NCBI GenBank assembly: GCA_050012255.1
Contig: JBEKHN010000001.1
Location: 320,001-384,000, forward strand
From: Candidatus Bathyarchaeia archaeon
GTDB taxonomy: Archaea > Thermoproteota > Bathyarchaeia > Bathyarchaeales > Bathycorpusculaceae
Reading direction: 5' to 3'
Length of the DNA: 64,000 nucleotides
Positions 20,725 to 29,800 of this stretch are shown one piece after another. Under the pieces are notes generated by a model that ran no database searches, was not told the DNA's origin, and worked only from the letters and a program-made list of their open reading frames with translations. The stretch's first letter is position 1, and each line of letters starts with the position of its first letter. The position numbers and the translations under genes were made by a program.

Positions 20725-21609
20725 ATGTTAGAAAATGTTGATGTTCGTTTGTTGCCTTATTCGTGGATTGGCGTCGACAGAAACGTATTAGTAGATAAAG
20801 CAATTGCTGACATGAAGCATTTAAAATTGGTTTCAAATGAGAGGGTAACTCTTTTCTATAATGATTTAGAGTGGGATACAAAATTCTTTAGAGCAAAGGC
20901 GGGTGAGATTCCCTTCGTCATGCCAAAGGCGGATGCAACAATACATGACAGAGTAGAGATCCTAAGAAAACTCGTTAAAAGGACAGAGTACGAGTTCACT
21001 ACTCTCAGAGTCAATGCCCATGATCTGGCAACTGCACAAGCTGCGGAGCATTTGGGCTACTTTATCGCTGACATTCACACAAGCTACTTCTTTGATAAGC
21101 GCAAGCAAAGTTGCGAACCACTTCCCAACCAATACCAAGCCACAAGCCACGTTTACAAGTGTCCCTATTCTGCCAAGAGCCTTATAGCACTTGCCCAATC
21201 AGTTTTCTCCACCAATTTTGCCCATCGATTCCACAATGATCCACACATACCCAAAGAAAAAGCCGACGAATTATACGTGTTGTTGACCAAGCATTGCCTA
21301 GAAAAGCATAGCTCCGTAATAGTTGTTGAGCATGATGGTAATCCAGTTGGATTTTTGACTCTGCAAGAACACGCTGAAAACATTGACGGTGTAACAATTG
21401 GCAAATTCGGAATGGCAGGGGTCGCTCCAGAAGCTCGGGGAAAACAAATCTATCAGAACATGATTCTACAAGGTCTTCATCTCATTCAAGACGACATTGT
21501 TGAAACCACGAATACGGGCATAGTGAATCCAGTTCAACGAGCATGGATGAACCTGAAGTTTAAACCAGCATATGTGAAACTTACACTGCACAAATGGAGA
21601 GTCAAATGA
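20725..21609 (+). CDS. GNAT acetyltransferase, WecD (TDP-fucosamine acetyltransferase)-like
   Basis: LEWDTKFF, RFHNDP, V.P..RGK.I, terminal LHKW are all WecD-type features. Confidence 0.8.
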   Translation: MLENVDVRLLPYSWIGVDRNVLVDKAIADMKHLKLVSNERVTLFYNDLEWDTKFFRAKAGEIPFVMPKADATIHDRVEILRKLVKRTEYEFTTLRVNAHDLATAQAAEHLGYFIADIHTSYFFDKRKQSCEPLPNQYQATSHVYKCPYSAKSLIALAQSVFSTNFAHRFHNDPHIPKEKADELYVLLTKHCLEKHSSVIVVEHDGNPVGFLTLQEHAENIDGVTIGKFGMAGVAPEARGKQIYQNMILQGLHLIQDDIVETTNTGIVNPVQRAWMNLKFKPAYVKLTLHKWRVK

Positions 21610-21704
21610 AAATGAGAAAGCAAAGCGACGAAAGAAAGAACGCAGTGAAGAGGAACCTATGAACCATTGCACTTCGCTTTGAAGGAGAGTGAAACGAAAC
21701 GCAA

Positions 21705-22445
21705 TTGAAGGACAAGGTTTGCTTGGTAACGGGAAGCAGTAGAGGCATTGGAAAAGCAATTGCTTTGGCACTTGCCCATGAAGGCGCAAAACTAGCAATC
21801 ACCTACCATACTCAAAAATCTGACGCGATGGAAACCATGAACGAAATTGCCAGTGTAATTCATTCTAAGCATATCACTATTAGGGCGGATGTTTCAAAAG
21901 AGGAACAAGTCAATAGAATGATTCAGGAAACAGAAAAGACTTTTGGAACCATAGACATCCTAATCAACAATGCAGGCATACATAGAGACAGCATGTCCTG
22001 GAAAATGGATAAGAAAATCTGGAAAGAAGTATTGGCCACCAATCTCATGGGCCCTTTTCTCTGCACAAAACATGTGCTGCCGATAATGAGGGAGAAGGGT
22101 TGGGGCAGAATCATAAACATATCCTCAGTAATTGGAGAAACAGGATTGATAGGAGCAAGCAACTATGCTGCGTCAAAGTCTGGTCTTGTAGGCTTCACCA
22201 AATCCGTCGCCAAAGAAGTTGCAGACAAACACATCACGGTTAACTGTGTTGCCTATGGCTACATGAATGCGGGCATGAACCTTCAGCTTGCAGAAGAAAA
22301 CAGACAGAAAGTCTTACAGAATATTCCTTTGAAACGATTTGGGACATTAGAAGAAGCGACAGGCCCAGTTCTGTTTCTATGCACTGACGCAGCCTCGTAT
22401 ATAACAGGGCAGACGATTCATGTAAACGGCGGATATTACCTCTGA
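21705..22445 (+). CDS. fabG: SDR oxidoreductase, 3-oxoacyl-ACP reductase-like
   Basis: TGSSRGIG, NNAG, NYAASK, ASYITGQTIHVNGG. Confidence 0.85.
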   Translation: MKDKVCLVTGSSRGIGKAIALALAHEGAKLAITYHTQKSDAMETMNEIASVIHSKHITIRADVSKEEQVNRMIQETEKTFGTIDILINNAGIHRDSMSWKMDKKIWKEVLATNLMGPFLCTKHVLPIMREKGWGRIINISSVIGETGLIGASNYAASKSGLVGFTKSVAKEVADKHITVNCVAYGYMNAGMNLQLAEENRQKVLQNIPLKRFGTLEEATGPVLFLCTDAASYITGQTIHVNGGYYL

Positions 22446-22470
22446 TACAAGCGATTAAAAGCGCGCTCTG

Positions 22471-22901
22471 GCTATTGACAGATTTCATGCGGACACAGAC
22501 CTTTCGGAGAAACTTTCTGACGAGGTATATACTGAATGGCTGAAGAATAGTCTAACCGGGAAATTGGCAGACTACGTTGTGGTCCCAAGAGTTGACGGCA
22601 AAGCCGCCGAGTTCTTGACTTTGAAGCAACATGCTGACAAAGTTGGAGATACTGATATTGGTTAACTGGTCCTAGCGGCGGTCGATACATCAATCCGCGG
22701 CAAGGGTATTTACGCCAACATGATATCGCTTGGGCTGAGAGTTTTGAAGTGGGAAGCAGAAATTGTGGAGACAGGCACTCAAGTCACAAACTACGCTGTC
22801 CAAAAAGCTTGGGTTCAGGTCTTAAACAAGTGACAACGACACACGTATTTCATAAATGGTTAACTAGTCGAAGAGATTATTCCTTGAAAGATCAATCTTG
22901 A
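22471..22901 (+). pseudogene. 3' half of a second WecD-like GNAT gene (internal stop 22663-22665, frameshift near 22815)
   Basis: Manual translation IDRFHADTDL...FLTLKQHA...IG*LVLAAVD..IRGKGIY...IVETGTQVTNYAVQKAW /fs/ HVFHKW aligns with the C-terminal half of 20725..21609. Confidence 0.85.
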
Positions 22902-22928
22902 CTGCTTGGACGATGAGGAAGAAGAGAC

Positions 22929-22980
22929 TTGAAGCTTGAGCATGGCGGAGTCTTGGTAACGGGCGGCGCTGGCTTCCTAG
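22929..22980 (+). pseudogene. 5' stub of an NAD-dependent epimerase, cut at TAGCGCGCGCTA
   Basis: Purine-rich leader, then TTG-KLEHGGVLVTGGAGFL, ending at the motif at 22978-22989. Confidence 0.75.
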
Positions 22981-23265
22981 CGCGCGCTACGCTATCAACA
23001 ACTCTGGCGTAGCCGTTACCAGAGGGGTGGGAGGGATCCAACGAATTGGTCTGCATACTATCTTCAAGCGCGAAGAGATGTCGAACAGCGTTGCCGTTCA
23101 ATCAAGATAGTATATATACTATTTTGAGCGCGCGCGCTAAGTTTTTGCAGCTTGCCTTCCAATCCGAGTTCGCTTCTTCGTATAGAATCAGAGTAGAGAA
23201 TTGGCGTTGCGCGTGGGAAAACTGGGACACAGATCTCTGGAAAACAAAGGAATTGGAGGGCACGA

Positions 23266-24378
23266 ATGAAGAATAAGAAACTGAAGCTTATTGAACCCGT
23301 TATCGGTAAGGAGGAAATCAGAAGAGTCAGCAAAGTCCTCTGCTCAGGTTGGCTAACCGAAGGACGGCAAACAGAAGAGTTTGAAGAACAAGTGAGGAAG
23401 TACATTGGAGTAGACTACGCGATTGCCACTACTTCCTGTACAACCGCTATTGAACTGGCCTTGAGAGCCTTAGGGATAGGTCCAGGTGACGAAGTCATAA
23501 TTCCTGACTTCACGCATCCAGCCACAGGAAACATGGTTAAGTGGGTAGGAGCTACGCCTGTACTTGTCGATGTGGACCTGTTCACGTACAACATCGTGCC
23601 CGAAGAAATAGAAAAAGCAGTGACTAGGAAAACAAGATGCATAATTCCTGTTTCTTGGGGGGGAAACCCGTTAGACTTTGAGCCACTGAATGAAATCAAA
23701 CTTAAGCACGAACTGTTAATAGTGGAAGACGCGGCGTGCAGCTTGGGTGCTGAATCCAGAGGAAAGAAAACAGGAACCATGGCAGACATTACATGCCTGA
23801 GCTTCCACCCTAGAAAAATAATAACAACGGGAGAAGGAGGAATGGCAGTGACAGATAACCCTGTCTATGCGAAACGAATACATGATCTCAAGAAGTTCGG
23901 TATGACTACTGGAAAAAAAGGAATCAGATTTACAGGCAATGGAACCAACTACAAGCTGAGCGACGTTTTGGCAGCCATTGGAATAGCTCAGATGCAAAAG
24001 ATAAACAGAATCATAGATAGACGAATTGAGCTTGCCCACACATACGACAACCTACTTTCAAAGGTTGACTCGATCAGGCCTCCACAGAAAAATGAGAACG
24101 TGAAGCACACGTATCAATCCTATGCAGTCTACATCGAAAAGGAAGGAACAAGAGACAAAGTCATCAAAGACCTTCAAAAAGAGAACATTGAAACACAAAT
24201 AGGAACGTATGCTTTGCACATGCAGCCTAGCTATGAACATGTAAAGAAAATCGGGAAATTGACAAGAGCGAAGAAATTATACAAGAACTTATTGACACTA
24301 CCCATGTGTCATTCGATGACGAAGAGAGATCAAGAACGAGTTGTCGCGAAAGTCGAGTCCTCGATGAACGAGTATTAG
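23266..24378 (+). CDS. DegT/DnrJ/EryC1/StrS sugar aminotransferase
   Basis: GPGDEVI, EDAACSLG, SFHPRKIITTGEGG, NYKLSD, LTLP. Confidence 0.95.
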   Translation: MKNKKLKLIEPVIGKEEIRRVSKVLCSGWLTEGRQTEEFEEQVRKYIGVDYAIATTSCTTAIELALRALGIGPGDEVIIPDFTHPATGNMVKWVGATPVLVDVDLFTYNIVPEEIEKAVTRKTRCIIPVSWGGNPLDFEPLNEIKLKHELLIVEDAACSLGAESRGKKTGTMADITCLSFHPRKIITTGEGGMAVTDNPVYAKRIHDLKKFGMTTGKKGIRFTGNGTNYKLSDVLAAIGIAQMQKINRIIDRRIELAHTYDNLLSKVDSIRPPQKNENVKHTYQSYAVYIEKEGTRDKVIKDLQKENIETQIGTYALHMQPSYEHVKKIGKLTRAKKLYKNLLTLPMCHSMTKRDQERVVAKVESSMNEY

Positions 24379-24474
24379 GCAAGACTCGTCTTCTCACTCA
24401 ACTCGCGACATAGCACGCGCTTCAACTAGCTGACAGATTTCCTTTCCCGAACCAGCAACTTTCGCAAATACTCA

Positions 24475-24933
24475 TCATCTTTGAAATCTACTAGTTTGGA
24501 CGAGTGTGTTCTTAGTGTTCCTGTTTCCGGGCACCTGCATACATGCCAAACACAGTTCACTCTGCGAGGCCAAACAATCATTTTGCAAAGACAGGGCATG
24601 ACACTCAAGTTGCTTCATAGACAAATCATGCTTCACACCTTCCAACCTGCTTTTAACGTCTTTGCGTAGTCTTCTCTGCTCTTCAAGCTGGCGTTCAAGC
24701 CGGCCAATTTCATTCTTCGCTTGATGCAACTCCCTATATAGTAGCGCCTGTCCGTCGTGCAGCTCACGCACCCTCTTGATCACGAATAGACTCAGCAACG
24801 CATCATTGAACGGTAAGACGGAGCCACATGAACTAGCATCGTTCGTATTCACTATGCTTTGAAGCTCGATGAGATCCTCAGGCGCAACTTCTCTTGAAGG
24901 CTTCTTATCGTCTCCCACACTTCCGGAGAGCAT
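24475..24933 (-). CDS. Hypothetical coiled-coil protein (possibly the frameshifted continuation of the wHTH ORF)
   Basis: Heptad-rich segment; overlaps 24852..25421. Confidence 0.35.
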   Translation of the reverse strand: MLSGSVGDDKKPSREVAPEDLIELQSIVNTNDASSCGSVLPFNDALLSLFVIKRVRELHDGQALLYRELHQAKNEIGRLERQLEEQRRLRKDVKSRLEGVKHDLSMKQLECHALSLQNDCLASQSELCLACMQVPGNRNTKNTLVQTSRFQR

Positions 24934-25421
24934 TCACGTAACAGTCTTTCCGACGCGAAAGATGATATGATTCTCTCTTTGTTCATCCACAGAAAACCCT
25001 TTCGTAGCCTCTCCCTCCCTTCAAACCCTTTGCCTTGGATTTCGGTGGAACAGGAGGCAACAGAATAGAGAAGATCAGCGTCGGTCCGCGCGTCCTGCAC
25101 AACCCGCTTAACATCTACTACGCCCACGGTAGGATTCGATTTCACGCGCCCGTAGTAGTACATAAGCCGCCTTTTTCCCCTGTCCAAAACCCAATAAACA
25201 TAGCCGCGCACCCTGCCCCGCTTATACTCACGCCTGTCAACAAGCCCTTGCCGCCTACACTTCAAAAGAACCATCGAAACATTCTCCCCGGAAACCCCAC
25301 GCAGCCCAGCAGCAACATCACTGCTAGTTGCTGTTCCCAACCTAAAGACGCTTTCAAGAACCCGTCTTTTCAAATCACAACGAACAAACATCACCATTTT
25401 CCTTCTCAACGGTTCCTTCAC
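24852..25421 (-). CDS. Winged helix-turn-helix DNA-binding protein
   Basis: TSSDVA...NVSMVLLK..RQGLVDR...GYVY.V..RG matches a wHTH recognition helix and wing. Confidence 0.6.
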   Translation of the reverse strand: MKEPLRRKMVMFVRCDLKRRVLESVFRLGTATSSDVAAGLRGVSGENVSMVLLKCRRQGLVDRREYKRGRVRGYVYWVLDRGKRRLMYYYGRVKSNPTVGVVDVKRVVQDARTDADLLYSVASCSTEIQGKGFEGRERLRKGFLWMNKERIISSFASERLLRECSPEVWETIRSLQEKLRLRISSSFKA

Positions 25422-25562
25422 CCAGTCTTAGGACACACGCACTTTTAGAGTTGACGACTAAACACTAGCACGTAAACACCTGCCAACACCGGTCAACCCT
25501 CTCTACATAGTAGAGACACACGAAAAAAGCCAAGCGCGTTGAGACAAACCGCACGCGCAAAC

Positions 25563-25588
25563 GAATTTAGGAACAGGCATGTGCGCTA
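25563..25588. mobile_element. Solo terminal inverted repeat of the MITE-like element (GAATTTAGGAACAGGCATG followed by TGCGCTA)
   Basis: 19/19 match to the reverse complement of 41314-41332. Confidence 0.8.
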
Positions 25589-25628
25589 TCAAGAAGGGAT
25601 TTGAGCGGCCTCTAGTGTGGGAACTGAA

Positions 25629-26666
25629 ATGAACAAGGGAAAGATCATCAAACTTGGCATTCCAGTCTTGAGCCTTTGTTCAAGAGCAGATGATTCATTT
25701 CTCGTTGTTTCCAAAGGGAAAAAAAGCAATGAACTAGATATTTCTGTTCTCAATTCTTCTGGGATTAGAACTCAAGAATTCGCGACCTTGACAGGTTCAA
25801 GAAGTTTTCTCATAAACACGATAAAGGGAAAACTGTATGTAGGTGTCGATAACAAGCTCATATTGAATGATCATGGCACATGGAAAACGGTGATAAAGAG
25901 CAAAAACAAATCAAATTTCTTTTGGCACATGTGCGCTTCTGACGAAGGCACAATGTATGCTCAAGAATATGGTGAACATCCATGCAATATCTACATGTCA
26001 GAAGATGGCGAACAATGGAAACACCTCGGCACAGCAAAAGGCATAGACAAAAGAGCGAGGCACTTTCACAGTATTGCCTACGACCAATACCGAAGAATGT
26101 TACTGGCAACGCTCGGAGATGGTAATTACATCAGGATAGCCTCTCTCAGGGATAGTGATTGTAATTGGAGACCCTTCTACAGGGGCGCATGGCAAGTTGT
26201 TTCAATCACCGTTCTGAAGAGCCTAGTAGTTTTCGGTATGGATAGCGCCATTGCCCCTGGTGGTTTAGTCTTATGGCATCCGGAAAACTCTCGAATTGAA
26301 GTCTTACATCTACAATGGAGAGATAAGAGGGTCAAGTACATGCAAATGGCTGACTTGAAGCTTCTAAAAAACGGGATTTGGGTAGCTGCTTTGGGAAGCC
26401 CTCAAGCCATAATTGCCTCATGTGATCTTAGAAATTGGGTTCCTATGTACGTAAAAAGCTTTGACGCTGGTTTCAATCATTCAATTGGCATAAGCGAAGG
26501 AAAAAACACTGTTGCCTTCACGACTGGCAACAGTGTCATAGTCCTCAAGAAGGATTATCTGTCAACATATGTGACAAGACACAAACCTGTGATCCGTGAA
26601 CATATGGCATTATTTACCAAGCTTAAGGGCATTGGATACGACATCAAATGCGCGCTTTCTCGATAG
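25629..26666 (+). CDS. Hypothetical beta-propeller protein (BNR/Asp-box-like)
   Basis: SEDGEQW Asp-box, RHFH....D.Y, GD motifs seen in polysaccharide-locus propeller proteins. Confidence 0.6.
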   Translation: MNKGKIIKLGIPVLSLCSRADDSFLVVSKGKKSNELDISVLNSSGIRTQEFATLTGSRSFLINTIKGKLYVGVDNKLILNDHGTWKTVIKSKNKSNFFWHMCASDEGTMYAQEYGEHPCNIYMSEDGEQWKHLGTAKGIDKRARHFHSIAYDQYRRMLLATLGDGNYIRIASLRDSDCNWRPFYRGAWQVVSITVLKSLVVFGMDSAIAPGGLVLWHPENSRIEVLHLQWRDKRVKYMQMADLKLLKNGIWVAALGSPQAIIASCDLRNWVPMYVKSFDAGFNHSIGISEGKNTVAFTTGNSVIVLKKDYLSTYVTRHKPVIREHMALFTKLKGIGYDIKCALSR

Positions 26667-26891
26667 AGTGCACGGCTAGAGCAAGATTAGACTGATCATT
26701 CCCGGAGCAAATGAGAACGTTACAGGAATTCTTGAAGCAGGAAAGCTGGTTGAAGAAAAGATTGGATCGTTTGCCAGGTTATAGCGCGTGCTACTTGGAG
26801 TGGACAGCCGCGCGTACTGAATGAATGTTCTATAAACGTATTTATCTTTGTTTGTGGAAGACCTATGTGTTAAAATGAGGAGATAAGATAG

Positions 26892-29800
26892 TTGAGAATA
26901 TCCCGACTTCATAGACGAAAGTCTAAAGGTATGCTGATCATGTGGATTTTGGCAGCAATGGTCATAGTGCCACTCTCTATACTCGTGCAGCCCACCGCTG
27001 CGGAGAATTGGTGGAATCCAGGATGGAACTACAGAGAAACTGTTGTGGTGAACCATACTCAGGTAAACGCAACATTGCTGAGTTTTCCAGTTCTCATTGA
27101 CGTTGTAGATGCTAATCTTGTGAACAAGACTCAGGCCAGTGGCAATGACATTGTTTTCGTTGGTAGCGACAATGGTACGTTCAACCATGAGATTGAGTTT
27201 TACGATGGCACTGTTGGGCATCTTGTTGCGTGGGTTAGAGTCCCCCAGCTTTCTTCCACTCAAGACACGACATTCTACATGTACTATGGTAATCCTTCTG
27301 CTCAGAATCAGCAGAATCCAAACGGTGTCTGGGACGCCAACTTCACCATGGTTCAACATCTCGACGAGACAGGAGTGAGTCGCTTTGATTCTACAACTAA
27401 TAAAAATAATGGGACAGCTTATGGTGTGAGTAAGGGTTTGGGGAAGATTGATGGGGCTGACGTTTTTAATGGAGTAAACAGTTACCTCAGAGTGGCTGAC
27501 GCTCCGAGTTTGGATCCTTCGTCGACCATTATGGTTGAGTTGTGGATGAATCTTTCGTCGACGAATGATTACATCAACCTCATTAGCAAAGGCAGTTATG
27601 ACCAGTTTTACTTGAGGCTGGGTTCAGGATATGGAAGTAATTCCTCCGGAAATGCCTACTGGTCCGTTAAGTTCAGCGATGGCAACGTGTCAGTCATTGA
27701 GGGAAATGTTGGCTGGGCTTGGAACATGTGGCATTACGTGGTCGCCACCTTAGATACGAACGCTCAGGTTATGCGAATATATGTTGATGGTGTCTTGAAG
27801 CTAAGTGGCACTTTTGCTTCAGGAAAAAGCATCGCTGCCACGTCGAATCCTATTCTCATAAGCAACCCAAGTTCAAGGCAGATCAAGGGAATCATAGAGG
27901 AAATTCGCGTCTCAAATGCAGCTCGCTCGAATGCTTATATTCAGACTAGCTACATGAACCAGAAGAGTCCATCAACATTCTGCGCAGTGGGATTTCCAGA
28001 AACAAACCCGATCCCACCTGCCAACATTTTGATATATGATGCAAACCCAGCAAATGAAACCACAGGCACCTATACAAACCCAACTCTATCCATTCGAGCA
28101 GTCGACCTCAACGGAGGTACCATGAACATTACCTTTGTGGAAAGAGTGTCTGGCAATTGGATAGACATAGGGGACTACATTGGAAAGGATGGCGTGTACT
28201 CTACGATTTCAGAGAATGTGACAAGTCTTGGCAGTACGTATTACTGGGGCGTCTACGTTACGGATGGCACGAATTCCACAAGCAACTATTACTCTTTCAC
28301 GACCACCACGAAAATACTTACACAAAAATGGTTTGTGAATAGCGCTTGGAGCGGAGTTTCCGGCGCACTCATAGCTGACGTCAATGGAGATGGCACGCAA
28401 GAGGTTATCCAAGCTGGACAAGGTGGAGTGGTGGCTCTGAACGGTACCAACGGAAATGTTGTCTGGAATGTTTCTGACAGTGGTATAGGCGACCATTGTC
28501 AACCCGCGATCGCCAACCTAGACGGCGATGGAGACCTTGAAACAGTCGTTCCCCTTCAATCTCCGGCGGGGGTACTCGTTTTGTATGGCAATGGTAGCAC
28601 GTATTGGAGAAGAACCGATCTGGGCGGGGACATGTTTTCCGGGCCTGTAGTCTTCGACATTGATGGGAGTGGTCATCCAACAATCTTTGCAGCTTCTACA
28701 GATGCTTTAAGTGGCCTAGGCCTAAATGGCACTGGAAGGATTACCGCGCTGAGCTATAATGGAACCATATTGCGTCAAACCTTTGCTTGGCGTCCCTGCA
28801 GCGGAGGCCTGTCCATTGCAGATGTGGATGGAACTGGTCGATTTACGCTTTTCATGGGCGACAGATACATGTACCTAAACAGCTCTGAATATGGGGACAA
28901 CGACTATGGAAAAGGAGTCTCTGCATATTGGGCCACGAATTTGACGTTGCGATGGTACAGGCCGGAAATCTTCTGCAGCAGTCAAAAACCTATACTGGCC
29001 GACGTCAACAATGATGGAAAACTTGAAGTTGTAATAGGCGATATGAACGGTGGGGCCTGGGTGCTGAATGCAACAGATGGAAGCACAATAAACGCGATTC
29101 CAGGCGTTCCTTACGTTTTACCCACCCACTATCAACCTTCAGTCTACGACATAGACGGTGACGGGCACCTTGAAATGCTGATGGCTGACCCGCACGATAC
29201 TGCCTCGAGCGACCTCGTTGTCTTGGACTTGGTTACATGGAAGGTGAAAGCAAGCATTTACATAGGGAAGAACTTCTATGGCCCTCAACTCGCCGACGTA
29301 GATGGCGACGGTCACATGGAAATTATCGCGTGCAACTACGGCAGCATTCTCATCATCGATAGAACGTACCGCGTGATAGACGGCATAGTTGGGCTTTCGG
29401 GAGGAGTCATTTCCCAAGGTACACCAGAAAACATAGATGGATTAGCAGGACTCACAGGAACACTAAACTATGCGGTCGTGCAGGACATAGACGGCGACGG
29501 CTACAACGAGGTAGTCGTCACATCCCAAAGCGGCACCGTGTACGCATTTGATACCCCCGCACGCACACCATATCCAAGACCCAGAACTGAAGTTCAATTC
29601 TATAGCGAATATAGACGTGGGGCAGCAGAATACGTGCAGCCTCAAACTACGCAGTCACCAGTTATCTCCTCTCTATACCCGCTGAATTCCGCAACAGCAG
29701 TACCCGTCTCAACATCCCAACTGAGTTTTACTCTAACAGACTATCAACGCAACTTGATGAACTATACCGTTACGACTTACCCAAACATAGGATCTAGTAA

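Noticed and set aside
26676-27359. 227-aa minus-strand ORF and the many other antisense ORFs in the track
   Set aside because: They are shadows of well-supported genes on the opposite strand and have no family motifs.
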